A stretch of 63,739 nt of DNA, the filler included, from Pirum gemmata (lineage: Eukaryota): the NCBI GenBank assembly GCA_002812295.1. It is 15 parts of 15 records of this genome, joined end to end, with 100 filler letters (N's around TTAATTAATTAA, not from the genome) between each part and the next. Parts side by side here need not be neighbours in the genome. Positions count along the whole stretch, not along the records: positions 1 to 5,431 come from PDIN01001654.1; positions 5,532 to 9,509 come from PDIN01001655.1; positions 9,610 to 13,610 come from PDIN01001656.1; positions 13,711 to 17,692 come from PDIN01001657.1; 11 more parts are not named here. One strand, 5' to 3'. Made by a program: the position numbers and the translations under genes. Of the stretch, positions 1-14,436 are shown piece after piece (the stretch's first letter is position 1; the number at the start of each line of letters is the position of its first letter). Below the pieces are notes generated by a model that did no database searches, had not been told where the DNA came from, and was given only the letters and a program-made list of their open reading frames with translations.

Positions 1-1431
1 GTTTAACTGCTATTATTAGTAAAAACACGGAACTAAGGTTGGCTCGATAAGCACCTGTTCGAAAAAAGTTTTAGTAGATACCTCACCCCTACTGAAAATA
101 TCAAGGGTAAAATATCATGGCGTCTTTAATATCTCTCAACTTTGGACACAGATCTGACAAAAATGCAAGGCTGCCAGCTGCCCACACTCTGCCCACCTCC
201 TCCCACTGTCCCACAGTCCTACCACACAGCCCTACCACAACTCTACCACAAGAGAGCGTTCAAATAATACGTCACGTCAAGGGGTAGGTAGGTAGGCGGT
301 ATTTGACCAGGAAATTAACGTCAAGGGGTAGGTAGGTAGGGGTATTAGAAGCTGTACTTGACCGGAAATTGGCGTTATGTATATACATATTATTTGAATC
401 CAAATGAAATAGACGACCTCTACTCCTCTCTACTTCTTGCATTCATTCATTCACCTTCCAGCTAGACCTTCCAGCAGTTGTTCTTCCAACTTCAAGCCTT
501 CAAGAGTCAAGAACCCCCTGCAAGAACCCCAGAGCTTTTTCAGACTTTTTTCAATCATACAAATTAACATTACCAACCAACTTTTCATTTATGTCCAAAT
601 TATATCTATAAATTTGACTTATTCTTGTTGACTTATTCTACTAGTAGTCCTAGTAGACGGGGGTCTATTGTGCTTTTCAGTTATTTTGTCTTCATAAAAT
701 ATACAATAAATAGCACCAAATTAACATGATGTAAATCCATTTCATTTAATTTGGTATATTTTATTATATATTTATTTATTTAAAAAAGTATCAATTTAAA
801 TATTATAAACAACCAGTTAAATAGTTTAAAATAGTAAATCAAATTATACTAGATAACAATTAAAGTAATAATATTAACATTAATAGTAATAAAACCATAT
901 TAAATCGGAAAAGTTCCGACAGCTGTTCAGTAATAATAGAATGACGTCATCTCACCCCTACTCACAATAGTTAGTTTATATCACATATCAATGATATCAT
1001 ACTTTCTTCTAGTCTAGATTTTTCAGTGATTTTTCACTGATTTTTCAGTGATTTTTCACTGATTTTTTTTCTCCCATTTAGGGAAACGGATTTTTGTTTA
1101 TTTTTTTTTATATATCATAGTAGATGGCCGGGTTGGGTTCCTTGAATACCATAAATTTTTTAGTGATATTTTTTTGTACTCTTTTTTTTTTGACATTTTG
1201 CTCTAATTTTGACAGTATTTTGACTCTATTTTGCTCTTTGCTAAGGGTTAGGGTTAGGGTTAGGGTTAGGGTTAGAGTAACTTCACCGACTAAGTAAGAT
1301 TCTATCGATTTGATAGTAGTCAATTTTGAATTTTGAAACCTGGGCAGCTGGGCTTCAAAGTTCAAACTTTGAAGTCTTTTGCTCTTTTATATAAGTGAAA
1401 AGCACAATATGATATAATAATAATATACGTG

Positions 1432-1466
<35 letters not shown>

Positions 1467-1624
1467 ATAACAAGCACATATCAATCGTTGGGAAAAACTA
1501 AATCAGCCGATTCTACCTTAAGAAAAAANTAATAATAATAATAATAATAATAATTAAAAAACATGTTTATTAATACTAGCCAGTGTTTTTTAAAAGAAGG
1601 GCTTTGTTTTTACAACGTTAAAAA

Positions 1625-2851
1625 TTATTTACATAAAGATTTATCAACGGTTTTGGTCATAATAGTTTTTGCTCCTACTTTGCTATTGAAAGTGGTAGTA
1701 ACACGTTTGCAAGCACCATTTGTTCTTTTGTGTTCAACCTTTTCAGTTACAGCTGCACTTCTTCTTCTTTTACCATCATCAAGTCCCAATTCCACAGCAT
1801 AGTAAGCTTGTTGTGCTAATACTTCTTTAGGTAAGAATCTTTTGCCCCAATCAGCAATCATCCATCTATCGGAACCAGTTCTATCTTTTAACCCAGTTTT
1901 ACAGTTGTTGTCACCAGATTCGTAACGAGCGACATCGTTTTTAGTAGTGATATCACAATCGGAAACGTAGCCAGCTGGACTACCACACTTGCAATCCAAA
2001 TTTCCATTGTAGTTTCTGTTCAAGTGGTCAACAATAACGTATCTATACATATCGCTAGTATCACTGGCGTGACAGTGAACTTGGTCACCATTTTGCTCAT
2101 TGGCACACAAGTTGGCATTTCTGTTTTTACGTAATTGATCGTTTTTCGGGATAATGGCAGTAGGTTCCATTAAACAGTGGAATCCAATGTCATTTCCAGC
2201 TTCATCAACACAGTTGATAGAACCTTCAGCATCCGCTAAAACCGGGCTACCTTCTCCCATAAGCGGGGTATTCAAGGTTTTGCCCTCCGTTTCAGTAACT
2301 CTGATCATGGTTTCTTTCAAAATTATATCTACATCATCGGCTTTATTACCGAAGAGAGGATTGTATTTATAAGTTAGTTGCTTAGGAGCTGGAGCGTCGT
2401 TTTGAGCTTTTGCAGAGCTTTGTTCGCAAACAAAGTTTTGAGTGACACGCATGGATTTGATTTTACCATTCAAAAACAATTCATCAGGAAAGCATTCCTG
2501 TTTATTCTTATCAACAATAAGGTACTTTCCTTTAAAGTTTTCTTCACTATACAACTGAACAGAATATCCCGGTTTTAGTAAAACTTTTCTTAAACCATTA
2601 GCACCTAAAGTAGCGTTCATTTGTTGCAGGGAGTATTCACCAACGCCAAGAATAGAAGAAGGAGAGTCACAAGCACCCAAAGTAACTGCATCAGCAGCAG
2701 CACATCCATCAGTAGAAGGGGCTGAACCGCTATCTTTGATGTATTGATCTAAAGCTTGATTGATCATATCCATTTGAGCTTGTTGAAATCGAACTTTGGC
2801 GCTAGCAATGGTTGCCAAAACTAAGGCGGAGATAACAGAGGAGAACATCAT
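1625..2851 (-). CDS. Secreted 408-aa protein with a beta/gamma-crystallin-like (Greek key) domain and Cys-containing C-terminal region; intronless
   Basis: Long ORF with higher GC than its flanks and a signal peptide (MMFSSVISALVLATIASA). The segment LKPGYSVQLYSEENFKGKYL...NGKIKSMRV matches the crystallin/Protein S pattern (PGY.V.LY...NF.G...I.S.RV). Confidence 0.8.
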   Translation of the reverse strand: MMFSSVISALVLATIASAKVRFQQAQMDMINQALDQYIKDSGSAPSTDGCAAADAVTLGACDSPSSILGVGEYSLQQMNATLGANGLRKVLLKPGYSVQLYSEENFKGKYLIVDKNKQECFPDELFLNGKIKSMRVTQNFVCEQSSAKAQNDAPAPKQLTYKYNPLFGNKADDVDIILKETMIRVTETEGKTLNTPLMGEGSPVLADAEGSINCVDEAGNDIGFHCLMEPTAIIPKNDQLRKNRNANLCANEQNGDQVHCHASDTSDMYRYVIVDHLNRNYNGNLDCKCGSPAGYVSDCDITTKNDVARYESGDNNCKTGLKDRTGSDRWMIADWGKRFLPKEVLAQQAYYAVELGLDDGKRRRSAAVTEKVEHKRTNGACKRVTTTFNSKVGAKTIMTKTVDKSLCK

Positions 2852-3486
2852 ATTTTTATTTGGTTATGAACTTTTGATAATATCACAGATACTATTTTTT
2901 ATTTTTATTATTGTTATTATTGTTGTTGTTGTTGTTATTTCTGTTGTTTGCTTCTTTTTGTGGTGGATTACTATTTTATTATTACAAATAATATAAATTT
3001 GTTGTTGTTGTTGTTGTTGTTTTATATTATTACAAATAATATAAGTTTCTTAGTGTTATTTGATATTATCACAGATAATACTATTTTTTAATTTTCTTGT
3101 TATTTTTTGTTTTTGTTTTTGTTTTTTTTGTTTTTGTCTACTTCCCTTCACTTTTATACTGTTACTGAACTTTATTTGTTGATTTTTTGGTTGCTATCCC
3201 CTTTCTATGTTCAGTTATTTTTACATATTATAATATAGAGTTAAAATATACTGTTAATATAGACACCTTTTCAGCTAGCTAGAGGTCCCTAGCTAGCTAG
3301 AGGGTAAATTATTGACAGGTGTTCCTGAATATGTCAATATTCAGTAAATGACGTCAATATTCAGTAAATGACGTCAATATTCAGTCCAATTAGTAAATCC
3401 AAATTAGGGGATTTTCAGTCATTCCAACTTTTAATGTACCATATTAGTTCTTTTTATTACTCATATTCACAATTTTTTTTTTTTAT

Positions 3487-3538
<52 letters not shown>

Positions 3539-5431
3539 CTAATTGTAACTGTTAGTAACGATCACAACCTATGGACACACCTGCCTATATGATATACTGT
3601 TACTGGACATGTATTTCTATTTTGGCTTTTTGGTTTCTTTTCTTTGATAGTGTATGGTTGAGTATTTTTTTATTTTGCTTTAGCATTCCTCCAATTCCTC
3701 CAACGTACAAGTTGTAGACAAGTAAGTGTAAGTGTATTCATAGTCTTGCTATATATAGATGATAGACTAGCTAAACCTATCTAAATCTCCTTTTTTAGGT
3801 ATAGCCTAGTGAGTAACTATCGTATCTCCCTCCAATCACATTCACTTGAATCCAGAATGTTTTGTTTTTTTGTATATTTATAAAAAATAAAAAAAAATAA
3901 AAAAAAATAAAAAAATGTTTTGCTTAATTTGGAAATTTTATTCGAAAATGTAACTAAGTTACATATAACATTGTCAAACATTGACAAGTAACAATGTCAT
4001 TTCATCAATCTGGTATTTTATATTTCGTTATGATTGGCTTAAAATTAAAATTGAAAAAGAAAATGTTTTTTAATTAGACAAAACTTGATTATTCTTCTGG
4101 GGACAAACCCTGACAAAACGAATTTATATACATATTTACCCAGCTTGGTACTAGTTGGTAGTGTATGCATGGTTACGTTAATTAAGAAATAAATAAATAA
4201 AAAAACTACTATGAGCGCTCAAAAATCTAAAAAATCTCAAAACGATCTAATTTTAATGAAAGTACTGCCAAATTTTAAAGGAAATCGTCTAACTAAGAAA
4301 ACTCTATTATGAACCAATGCTTAGTTTTTAAGAATAATTTGGCTAGCATTTTAAAATTTTCGGGTTTTTTCAATAACGCAGGTAGTGATAATAGTGCAGG
4401 AAGAGTGTGCGCAGGAGAAGAGCAGGGTATAGTGTATAAAAAAAAAAATTAGTATTTTGCTTAAGTTTTTCGTATAATAATATACCTAGTATGGGTTGAA
4501 AAAAGAAGAAAAATAGTATTTTCCTTTTTTCGTTAATTTTGAGTTTAGTAATTGATTAATTAAGGTGATTGTAATATATTTTATTATATTAATGTTGTGT
4601 GCAGTAATAGTAGTAGTTATATTTATATCTGATAGTGTGTTTTCTTTTTTTAAGTTATGATTTATTTTGTTTTTTTCCTCACCCACCCACCCTTATTTAC
4701 TCTGTTGAATTTTTTCTGTTGGACTCGTTTTGGCTCAACCCCAGCCCCTGTTCAGTTTTAGGCCAGCAACTTTAGTTAGATAGAGTTAGGGTAGGTGGTT
4801 AAGGTTTCATTGACAAGAAAAGAAAAAACAAGAAAAGTAATAAAAAGAAAATACTAACAATTAATTTTGTCTGTTGGTTTGGGGAAGTTTTAGGGCTAAA
4901 AGTGTGTGGCCAAAAGTGTGGACCTCTGGGGTCTCCTGACAGGCACCTGTGGTATATTTATTTTTTTATTGGAAAACCCGCAGTCTTATTGGGTAAAAAG
5001 AATCAAAAGTAAGCAAATTACAAACACTCACAACATCACAGGACTTTTGTAAATAAGCACACATAACAGCCAAACAACACCTTTTCAGTGTCCTTTTTTT
5101 AAACAATAACAATAACAATTACATAAAGATAAAGATAACGATAAATATAACAATAACAATTACAATAACAATAACAATAACAATAACAATAACAATAGCA
5201 ATAGAAATAACAATAACAATAACAATAACAATAACAATAACAATAACAATAACAATAACATATAAAACAATAATAATTTATGGATCTTTATTATTAACAT
5301 TATCAATATCAATATCAATAACAATAACAATAACAATAAAAATATCAAATAACAACGTTAACAATATTTGGATATAATTATAATAATAATAATAATGATA
5401 ATAATAAATAATAATAATAATAATAATAATA

Positions 5432-5531
5432 NNNNNNNNNNNNNNNNNNNNNNNNNNNNNNNNNNNNNNNNNNNNTTAATTAATTAANNNNNNNNNNNNN
5501 NNNNNNNNNNNNNNNNNNNNNNNNNNNNNNN
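5432..5531. other. Artificial contig linker (N44-TTAATTAATTAA-N44), first of 14
   Basis: Identical 100-bp spacers with stops in all six frames start at about 5432, 9510, 13611, 17693, 21772, 25848, 29952, 34015, 38086, 42160, 46238, 50327, 54252 and 59682. Confidence 0.97.
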
Positions 5532-5611
5532 TTTCACTTGGGTTTGGATGTCATCTACGGTAAACAAGCAATGATGATAATAAAAATTTGTAAAGAAGGG
5601 TAGGGTAATAA

Positions 5612-5647
<36 letters not shown>

Positions 5648-5959
5648 GATCGTAATAATAACGACGGTAAGTTTTCCAACTACAGTTCTTCAATAGCAAA
5701 AAGTTATAGAGCTAATCCTTATGGCCATTATAGTCACGAGGAAGTTAATTTTTTGAAAAACGACCCCAGAGATAATAATACAAGGTACACGTTAAGCGTA
5801 GAACAACCCAATGGTAGCGCTAGCCCATTAAGATTGCGTAGTCCTTATACTTCCTATAGTCCGTACAGTCCTCGCAGCCCTTTTTATAAGAATAAAATAG
5901 ACACAGGGGTAAAATATGGTATTAAAAATAACGAGTTGGATGTTAGTAATTTGATTTAA
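5612..5959 (+). CDS. Probable 3' coding end of a gene truncated at the contig start (Asn-rich, then Ser-Pro-rich tail)
   Basis: Frame is open from 5612 to TAA at 5959 (NNNDRNNNDGKFSNYSSSIAKSYRANPY...SPYTSYSPYSPRSPF) with non-repetitive codon-like sequence. No recognisable domain. Confidence 0.4.
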
Positions 5960-6085
5960 AATACATTGAAAAAAGAATGTTAGGGTTAGGGTTACGATAC
6001 ATAAGGGTGATCCTCTTAGTGTGATCCTCTTAGTAAAAAAATGAGCTTGGTATTTATTTGATCAAAAGTAAACATAAGGAGTTTG

Positions 6086-6159
<74 letters not shown>

Positions 6160-6767
6160 GGGCGACATCACCATATGAGCTCAAAAATCCGAAAAAGCTC
6201 AAAATGATCCAATTTTTAAAATTAAATGAAAGTACTATCATACTACCAAATGTTGAGAAATCGCCTAAGAAAACTCTATTATGAACCAATGGCTAGTTTT
6301 TAAAAGTAATTTGGCTAGTCTAGTTAACATTAAACGTTTTTAGAAAAGTAGTCTAAAAAAAATGATTTCTGCAGTTTTATCCGGCTTGGCTGTTAATTAA
6401 AAATAATAATAATAATCAGAATAATTATTGACAAAATAATATTATGATATATATCCACATATGTTTTTAACAAATTATTAATTTATTTTAGAATAAAAGC
6501 TTTTGCATTGTTTTTTATCATTATCATTACCAATACATGTACCATAACCATTTTTTTTTATCATTGCCAATACCATTGCCATTGCCATTACCATTATATC
6601 ATTACCATTATCATTATCATTATTATCTTTATCATTACCATTATATATCATGTTCATATTATCATATTATATTACCATTACCATTAATTACCACTACTAG
6701 TACTATTTATTATAATTACTATAGCTACTTATTAATATACTATTTTTTTTTTTTTTTTTTTTTTTTT

Positions 6768-6831
<64 letters not shown>

Positions 6832-8494
6832 TATTTTTTTTTAATTATTTTATATTTTTTTATATTTCTTTTATACTTAGTCATTTATTTATAAAAAAAT
6901 ATTAAAATACAATATTATATCGTCTATTTCATCACAGTTGTACATGTCCTCTCAATCTTTAATTTGGTATTTCATGATGGCTCAAAACATAAAAAGAACA
7001 AGTAATGAACAAGTCTTTAGTGACCCATTTGTATGGTTTGAAGCTTATCGGGCAACTAATGTAGATCACACCAATACTGTTTAAGTGTATAATTGAACTT
7101 ATTTATTAATACAAAATACAAGACTTAGTATATAAGCCTTATAATATTCATAACATTAGCATTAGTATTGTAATTAGTATTAATTAGTATTAGTATTAGT
7201 ATTAACATTGGCATTACCATTACCATTACCATTATAATTAGCATTAACATTATCATTAGCCTATAGCTAATTATTAATACCCTTAAAATATAAACGCTAG
7301 CCATTACCATTATGATTAGCCTATAGCTAATTACCCTTTTAAAATATAAACGCTAGCGTATGTAATTAATATACTATGCTTAAGCTTATATTATATTAAT
7401 AATTACCCTTATTATACCCTTAATTAACCTTTATATTAATAATTAGCTATTTATATAGCATTAAAATATTATAAAAATTAGCATTATAAATTAGTCTTAT
7501 TATTAATAATATTAATATTTTAACATTATATAATTAGCATTAAATTAGCAATATTAGCATTTTTGTTATATCGTTATAAAATTATAATTATAATTACCAT
7601 TATAAATTACCAATACCATAACTTTTCTTATAATATCAATTAGCGTTATTAATATTAATTAATATTAATACCATTATGAAATTTAAATTATCGATATCAT
7701 ATATATAATATTAATTAACATTAGAATATACATTCATTAAATAGTTTTATAATTATTATTAGTATTAATATTATAAATTAGTATCGATATATTAATTGGT
7801 ATTATAACTTAATTAATTAGTATTAATAAAATTAATATTATTAATACGGGTATATGTATTTTAGAGCTTACCCCATGCATATGCATTGCCATTAATATAT
7901 TTCCCATTAATATTATTAATATTAATACCAATATTAATAGCAATAACATTATTATTGACATTAGCGCTAGCATTAGTATTAGTATTTAGTATTAAAACAT
8001 TATTAATAACATTAGCATTATTAATTAATTAGCAATAGTATAAATTACATATATATTAGAATTAGCATTAGCATTAATATTGCTATTGTTACCATTACCA
8101 TTCCAAAAAAAAATTATAAGAAGCCCTCTAAATGCTGTGGTTTATTATATGAAAAGATAAGTTATTTTTTTTATGATTACTTTTAAAGTTGTCGTTTGAA
8201 AGTAAATATTGGTAATGAATGCCCTTTTTTTCATGGCAACAGGGGCAACACCCTGAGAGGGTAAGCTTGAGAGGGTCCCTTTTTTTTGGTGACGTTTTTA
8301 GGCTTTCTCACTAAATAAATTTTGGATTCGGGTGTAATGAGCGTTGGTATATCGTCACTAGAATAAAAAAAGATCTCATCGCCACTTATTCTTTGATAGA
8401 AGTCATTGCTCGAAAGTGTGACTTAAACTGTTTTAGGCAGTAATTAGTTATTAAAATGAACTTTAAAATTATGACCAAAAGTGTTTTGGGCAAN

Positions 8495-8565
<71 letters not shown>

Positions 8566-11500
8566 AGGATAAAATCTTAAAATGCTCCGATTTTAATAAA
8601 AGTACTACCAAAATTTGAGAAATTTTCTAACTAAAAAAACTCTATTATTAACCAATGACCAGATTTTAAAAATAATTTGGCTAGCTAGTATTAATGGTTT
8701 TTAGAAAAGAGTTCTAAAAAAAAACTAAAAAAAAAATTTAGGGATATCCGGGGCAGCTGTTAAAAAAAAAAAAAGTTGTTAATAATAATTATTATCCAAT
8801 AGGCTGCTAGATCTTGCTAAAAGTAGGATAATAAGAAATATCACTGAAATATCCTATTTCTACTGACTTTTTAGTAAATTTTTGAATAAGTATTTTCACT
8901 TATTTTAGACTTATTTTAGACTTTAAAATATTAGATCACAGTATATTTCTAAAAGTAGGACAAATAGGATAAATTACTAACACATCCTACTTTTACAAAA
9001 ATAAAAATAAATAAAAATAGTAAAAGTCTCAAGACCCTTTTAGAACTCTTTTAGACCCTTTCAGAGTCCAGACAGAGTCTGACAGACCCTTTTACACTCC
9101 TTCACCTCCTTCACAGGCTTCACAACCAAAAAAACCAATAAAGGCAAAAAAGGCAAAAAAGGCAAAAAAGGGAAAAAAAAGACTTTTTTTCAGTTTAAAC
9201 GTCACCTAATCTTACCTACACCTCTTTGTCCAAAACACTTTTGGTCATAATTTTAAAGTTCATTTTAATAATTAATTACTGCCTAAAATAGTTTAAGTCA
9301 CACTTTCGAGCAATGACTTCTATCAAAGAAGAAGTGGCGTCCTTTATGAACGTTCCCTATTAAATATTATCAAGGACTTTTTTGAAGTCTTGATATTAGA
9401 CATAATATTATTATGATAAATGTCACCGAAAAATACGAAAATACATAGATAATAATAATAACAACAACAACGAAAACAACAACAACAACAACAATAACAA
9501 CAACAACAANNNNNNNNNNNNNNNNNNNNNNNNNNNNNNNNNNNNNNNNNNNNTTAATTAATTAANNNNNNNNNNNNNNNNNNNNNNNNNNNNNNNNNNN
9601 NNNNNNNNNATTTTCCATAAAATTAAAAAAAAAAAAAGTGAAAATATGATACATTTATATACTCTACATTATTTAAATTATTTATAATAATAGGGAGAGT
9701 GTTGTGTTAGTGTTGTGTTGTGCCACTTAATTTCTTATTAAGACCTGAGTCACCTGAGCCACTTCAAAGTTCAAACCACCTTTGGAGAGGCCTCTTTGGA
9801 GGTAATCTCATTTTGAAGGAAAAGAGCTCGAGATCGGGTGTACATAATTTACATAAAGAGCTACTACTGGCTACAGAGGCTAGATTATATAGCCTAGTCT
9901 GCCTAGATAGCCAAAACAAGTACTCCCCGGCTCCCTTTGCTTAGTTACAGGCTACCAGGTAGACCACTAAGACTTTTAGTGTCTGGTAGCTACCATATGT
10001 AGGGTTCGTCCGATGCCCCCTCAAACCCGGGTGGGTAAACGGTAGAGACAAGCTTAAATTTAAGCAGAGACCAGAAATCGCAGCTTGGGTCACAGCCGAA
10101 CGGGTGTTGGCCGGGTGGACTCGCGGTGGTAGTACCGTGGTACCTCTGTCGCGAAGGCTTCTCCGGCTGCGAAACCCTGTCTGGGGCTCCCAATCCGGGT
10201 TTCTTGCGATCCACTTCGTGCTCTCCCCTTTGGGGATCCAAAATTTTAATTTATTATTTTTATATATAAATTTAAAAAAGTATCGATGTTATAAACTTAG
10301 ATTATTATATCTATAAATAAGTATGATATATTAAATAATAACTATTACCAATATCAAATTTTCAGAAATCGTCTAGCAAAGAGCAAAGACTGGGAAAATA
10401 ATTACTATATATATGATGTATATATATTATTAATATGGAATCAGATGCGGGTCATTCCAGTCATTCCTAGTAGCTAGCTAGCGGGTCATTACAAAGACTC
10501 CATGGAAAAGCCATTTCTTTTTCCTGGGGTCTTTGGTCATTCGGAATAATATATAGTGGTTTTCAGTTATTTTGTCGTCATAAAATATACAATAAATAGT
10601 ACCAAATTAATACAATATAAACCCATTTAGTTTAATTTGGTATATTTTTTTAAAAATGTCAATTTAAAAATTATAACCCTCCAAATAAATATTCAGAGTG
10701 ACAAAATAAATGAAAGGCACGATACCATTGTAATATATTTTATGATATTTAATAAATGGTTTATGATAAAATATATAAATAGTATATATGTTATCAATGG
10801 TGTTTTATAAATAATAGAAACAATTGAAAATGCGAATATGAACGTTTAATCACTTTTATTGAATATCACGTGCACATTATTATTATTTATTATCATTTTT
10901 TTTAAACATATTATTGATATACATTATAATATACCTTACCGATCGCGAGTCTTATTAATATATTGTATAATTATAATTACATATAGAAATAATAATAATA
11001 ACATAATATAATAATAACATATAATAATATTAATTAATATAACAAATAATAATAACAAATAATAATAACAAATAATAATAACAAATAATATATATATATG
11101 TGTGTGTATGAGTTGTATATGTATATCAAACAGCTCAATCTTAATTAATTATTAAATAGTGACAATTTTGAAATGATATTCTTTATTTTTCGAGTTTCAA
11201 GTTTTTTCTCTGAAATTTCTAAGTGAGTCAATACTTGAAATTAAATGGGAAAGTTTCAAAAGTTTCGAACTAGTCTCGAGCTCGATTCAAATGGTTTTTC
11301 CCGCATCCTGAAATAACATACGCGTTAAAACGGTGGCCACCATAGATAGCAATCAAAATATATCGTGCTTTTTATTTATTTTGTCACTCTGAATATTTAT
11401 TTGGAGGGTTATAATCTTTAAATTGACATTTTTAAATGAATAAATAGATAATAAAATATACCAAATTAAANNNNNNNNNNNNNNNNNNNATTGTATTAAT

Positions 11501-11830
11501 TTGGTACTCTTTATTTTATATTTTAAGTAATATATATAATTATTACTGATTACTATTACTATTACTAATATTTGTCACTCTGAATATTTATTTGGTTGGT
11601 TATAATATTTAAATTGACATTTTTAATAATAATAATAATTAACTGATACTTAAAATCAATACATAATATAATTATAGATAATAAAATATACCAAAAAGTA
11701 TTTATATTGTATTAATTTGAAACTATTTGTTGTATATTTTTATGATAACAAAACAACCAAAAAGCACTAGTTCTATATTATTATTATTGTTATATTATAT
11801 TTATAATATTATAATATTATATTATGTCAT

Positions 11831-11992
11831 AAAAAAATAAAATCATTAATTATTCAATGCATTCTTACTTATTATATTATGACGGAAATTACGCTTTAAT
11901 TCTTCCGAATCACAATAACGAAAAATTAAAGCGTAATTTCCGTCATAATATATAATAAGTAAGAATGCATTGAATAATGATTTTATTTTTTT
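11831..11992. repeat. Near-perfect inverted repeat (about 70-bp arms, about 20-nt loop)
   Basis: ttattcaatgcattcttacttattatattatgacggaaattacgctttaatt pairs with 11924-11977, with only a 2-nt bulge. Confidence 0.92.
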
Positions 11993-14436
11993 AAAAAACA
12001 TATGCAATTATATTAGTATTATAATCATAATAATTGCGAATGTGAATAAGGACTTATAACTAGTACCAACCTTCATGATAGCCTGAAATAATTTTCAAAC
12101 GCATTCGAAATTTCGAATTGAATTATTCGAATATATGGAAAATCAAATATAGAAGATAGAAAGAAGTTACTTTAGTTCGAAATTAATTTATTAATACTAG
12201 CAATCATAAAAAAACTATTCGACCCGATTTTCTAAAAGTCCTAGCAATCGATAGATACTGCAACTAGATTTAGAAACATACTTTAGAGTCTTTAGATTAC
12301 GAGCTCCGGGAATAAAGTTAGCATTATTATATTACTAATAAAATTTAATAATAATAATTAATTATTATTATACATTATATCATAATATTATCATTATAAT
12401 ATTATTATATAATATTGTATCGTGTAGTGTTGTCCAGTTCAAAAACTGAAATAAACATAAAAAATTATTATTATGATTAAACAGTATTAAACTATCGGAT
12501 ATGTTTTAATTAATTTGGTAATTTATATACTTTTAATGTTGTATATATTTATAAGTAGTCCCAAATGCTTCCATGTAACTTTTAGACTACTCCTCTGTAT
12601 TTACAGTCGTAGACTACTATCGTGTTTTTCAATAGTGTTGTACAGTTCAAAAACTGAAATAAGCTTACCAAATTATAATTAATTGGTCATGTTTTAATTA
12701 ATTTGATATTTTATATAGTAATTTTATATTTATAAAAAAGTTCAATTATACAATTGAACAGTACCTAATTAAAGATAGAAAGGACAACTACTATTCTACT
12801 ATAGTCTACTATCAAAACTATCAACCCCAAGCTAGTTTAATAGTTACTCTGCTACTACTAGTATGTGAATAATTTTTCTAGTTTTTCTCCAAAAGTTTGT
12901 GAAAAGTTTCCCACACTATCATGGCTAGATTTTCTCGCTGTTTTCTCACTGTTTTCTCACTGTTTTCCAACGCAACAACATAATATATAAATTCCCTCCA
13001 GTCTTTTCTCACATAGAATTTTCTATTTTTCTCATCCAAAAGTCCAAGTCCTGCCCAGATAGTGTTAGGGTTAGGGTTAGGGTTAGGGTTAGGGTTAGGG
13101 TTAGGGTTAGGGTTAGGGACTTAGGGTTTAGGGTTAGGGTTAGGGTCCGGTCGGATCCGACAGGTGGTAACCACATGAGTCTCTAACTATTGATAGACTC
13201 TACGATATACTATAGATAATATTATAAAACAGATACTAATATATGAATTATATTAAATTTTGCAAAGAAAATTTATGATAATAAATTAAATTTTGTTTAA
13301 AAGAACAAGCTTTCCATGGTGGTGGTAGTGTGGTAGTGGTGGTGGTGTCGGTTTAAGTATGCATAGAAGCGGTTGTAAAGTAGTCCAGCTTACTAGCTAC
13401 TGTAGCTAGACAGACTGCTGTTTGGGCAATGGCTTTTCCGGTCGATTCATTATATTATGATAATTAAAATTAATAATTAATAAAATTTAATATTTTAATT
13501 ATATTGCTTGAAAAAAAACTTGTGATTATGATAGAATAATAATAATTATAAGTTGTTTTTATAAATACAATAATAAAAAAGTAATAATAATAATATTAAT
13601 ACTAATAATANNNNNNNNNNNNNNNNNNNNNNNNNNNNNNNNNNNNNNNNNNNNTTAATTAATTAANNNNNNNNNNNNNNNNNNNNNNNNNNNNNNNNNN
13701 NNNNNNNNNNTAATAATAATAATAATCAAAATAATAATAATAATAATAAAACCTACTAAAAATAAAAATGAGAGGAAAATACATCTAATTTATATAATCG
13801 AAAAAAAAGCTTTTAGATAAATCAAAAAAATTAAATTTTTATCATACAAAAACAACAACCACCTTCATTCTTTCTGCATAGTTATTATAGACTATCAAAA
13901 AAGTTTAGGTTAGGGTTGGGGTAGTCGATCAGGTGTTAAGGGTTAGGGTTAGGGTTAAGTAGGGGTTTTCTAAAGGGGTGAATCAATAAATATTATGAGG
14001 GGGCCGGCTAACATCATGTTGAACTTATCGCACAAAACTGATCTAAAAAAATAGTCTATCATAGTCTACAAGAAAAAATATATTATTATTATATTGCCCG
14101 ATTACATAGAATCATTGTTTATTATTGTTTTGATTTTAAAAAATTTATTATTTCTTGCTGTGGTTGCTGTTGTGGTTATGGTTGTGGTTGTGGTTTTTGG
14201 TTGTGGTTGTTGGTTGCGGTTGTTGGTGGTGGTGGTTGTTGGTTGTTGGTTGTTGGTTGTTGGTTGTTGGTTGTTGGAGACCTTTTTTACGGAAGGGTGG
14301 GGATCTTTTTCTTGAATAAGCATACTGACGCCATATATATTACATTGGCTAATTCAATAAATAATCTTATGACGATATTAAAGTATTACATTATATTATG
14401 ACGCAATGCTTTTACGTTTACCCTCTCCTTCAGATC

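Noticed and set aside
5476..5487. Regularly spaced TTAATTAATTAA motif every 4 kb or so as a biological periodic element
   Set aside because: Always embedded in N runs of fixed length; an assembly linker.
9990..10241. 83-aa and 70-aa ORFs, or telomerase RNA, in the GC island
   Set aside because: The ORFs look like by-products of high GC. Only AACCCTA (7 nt) matches the telomere template, shorter than the roughly 1.5 repeats expected.
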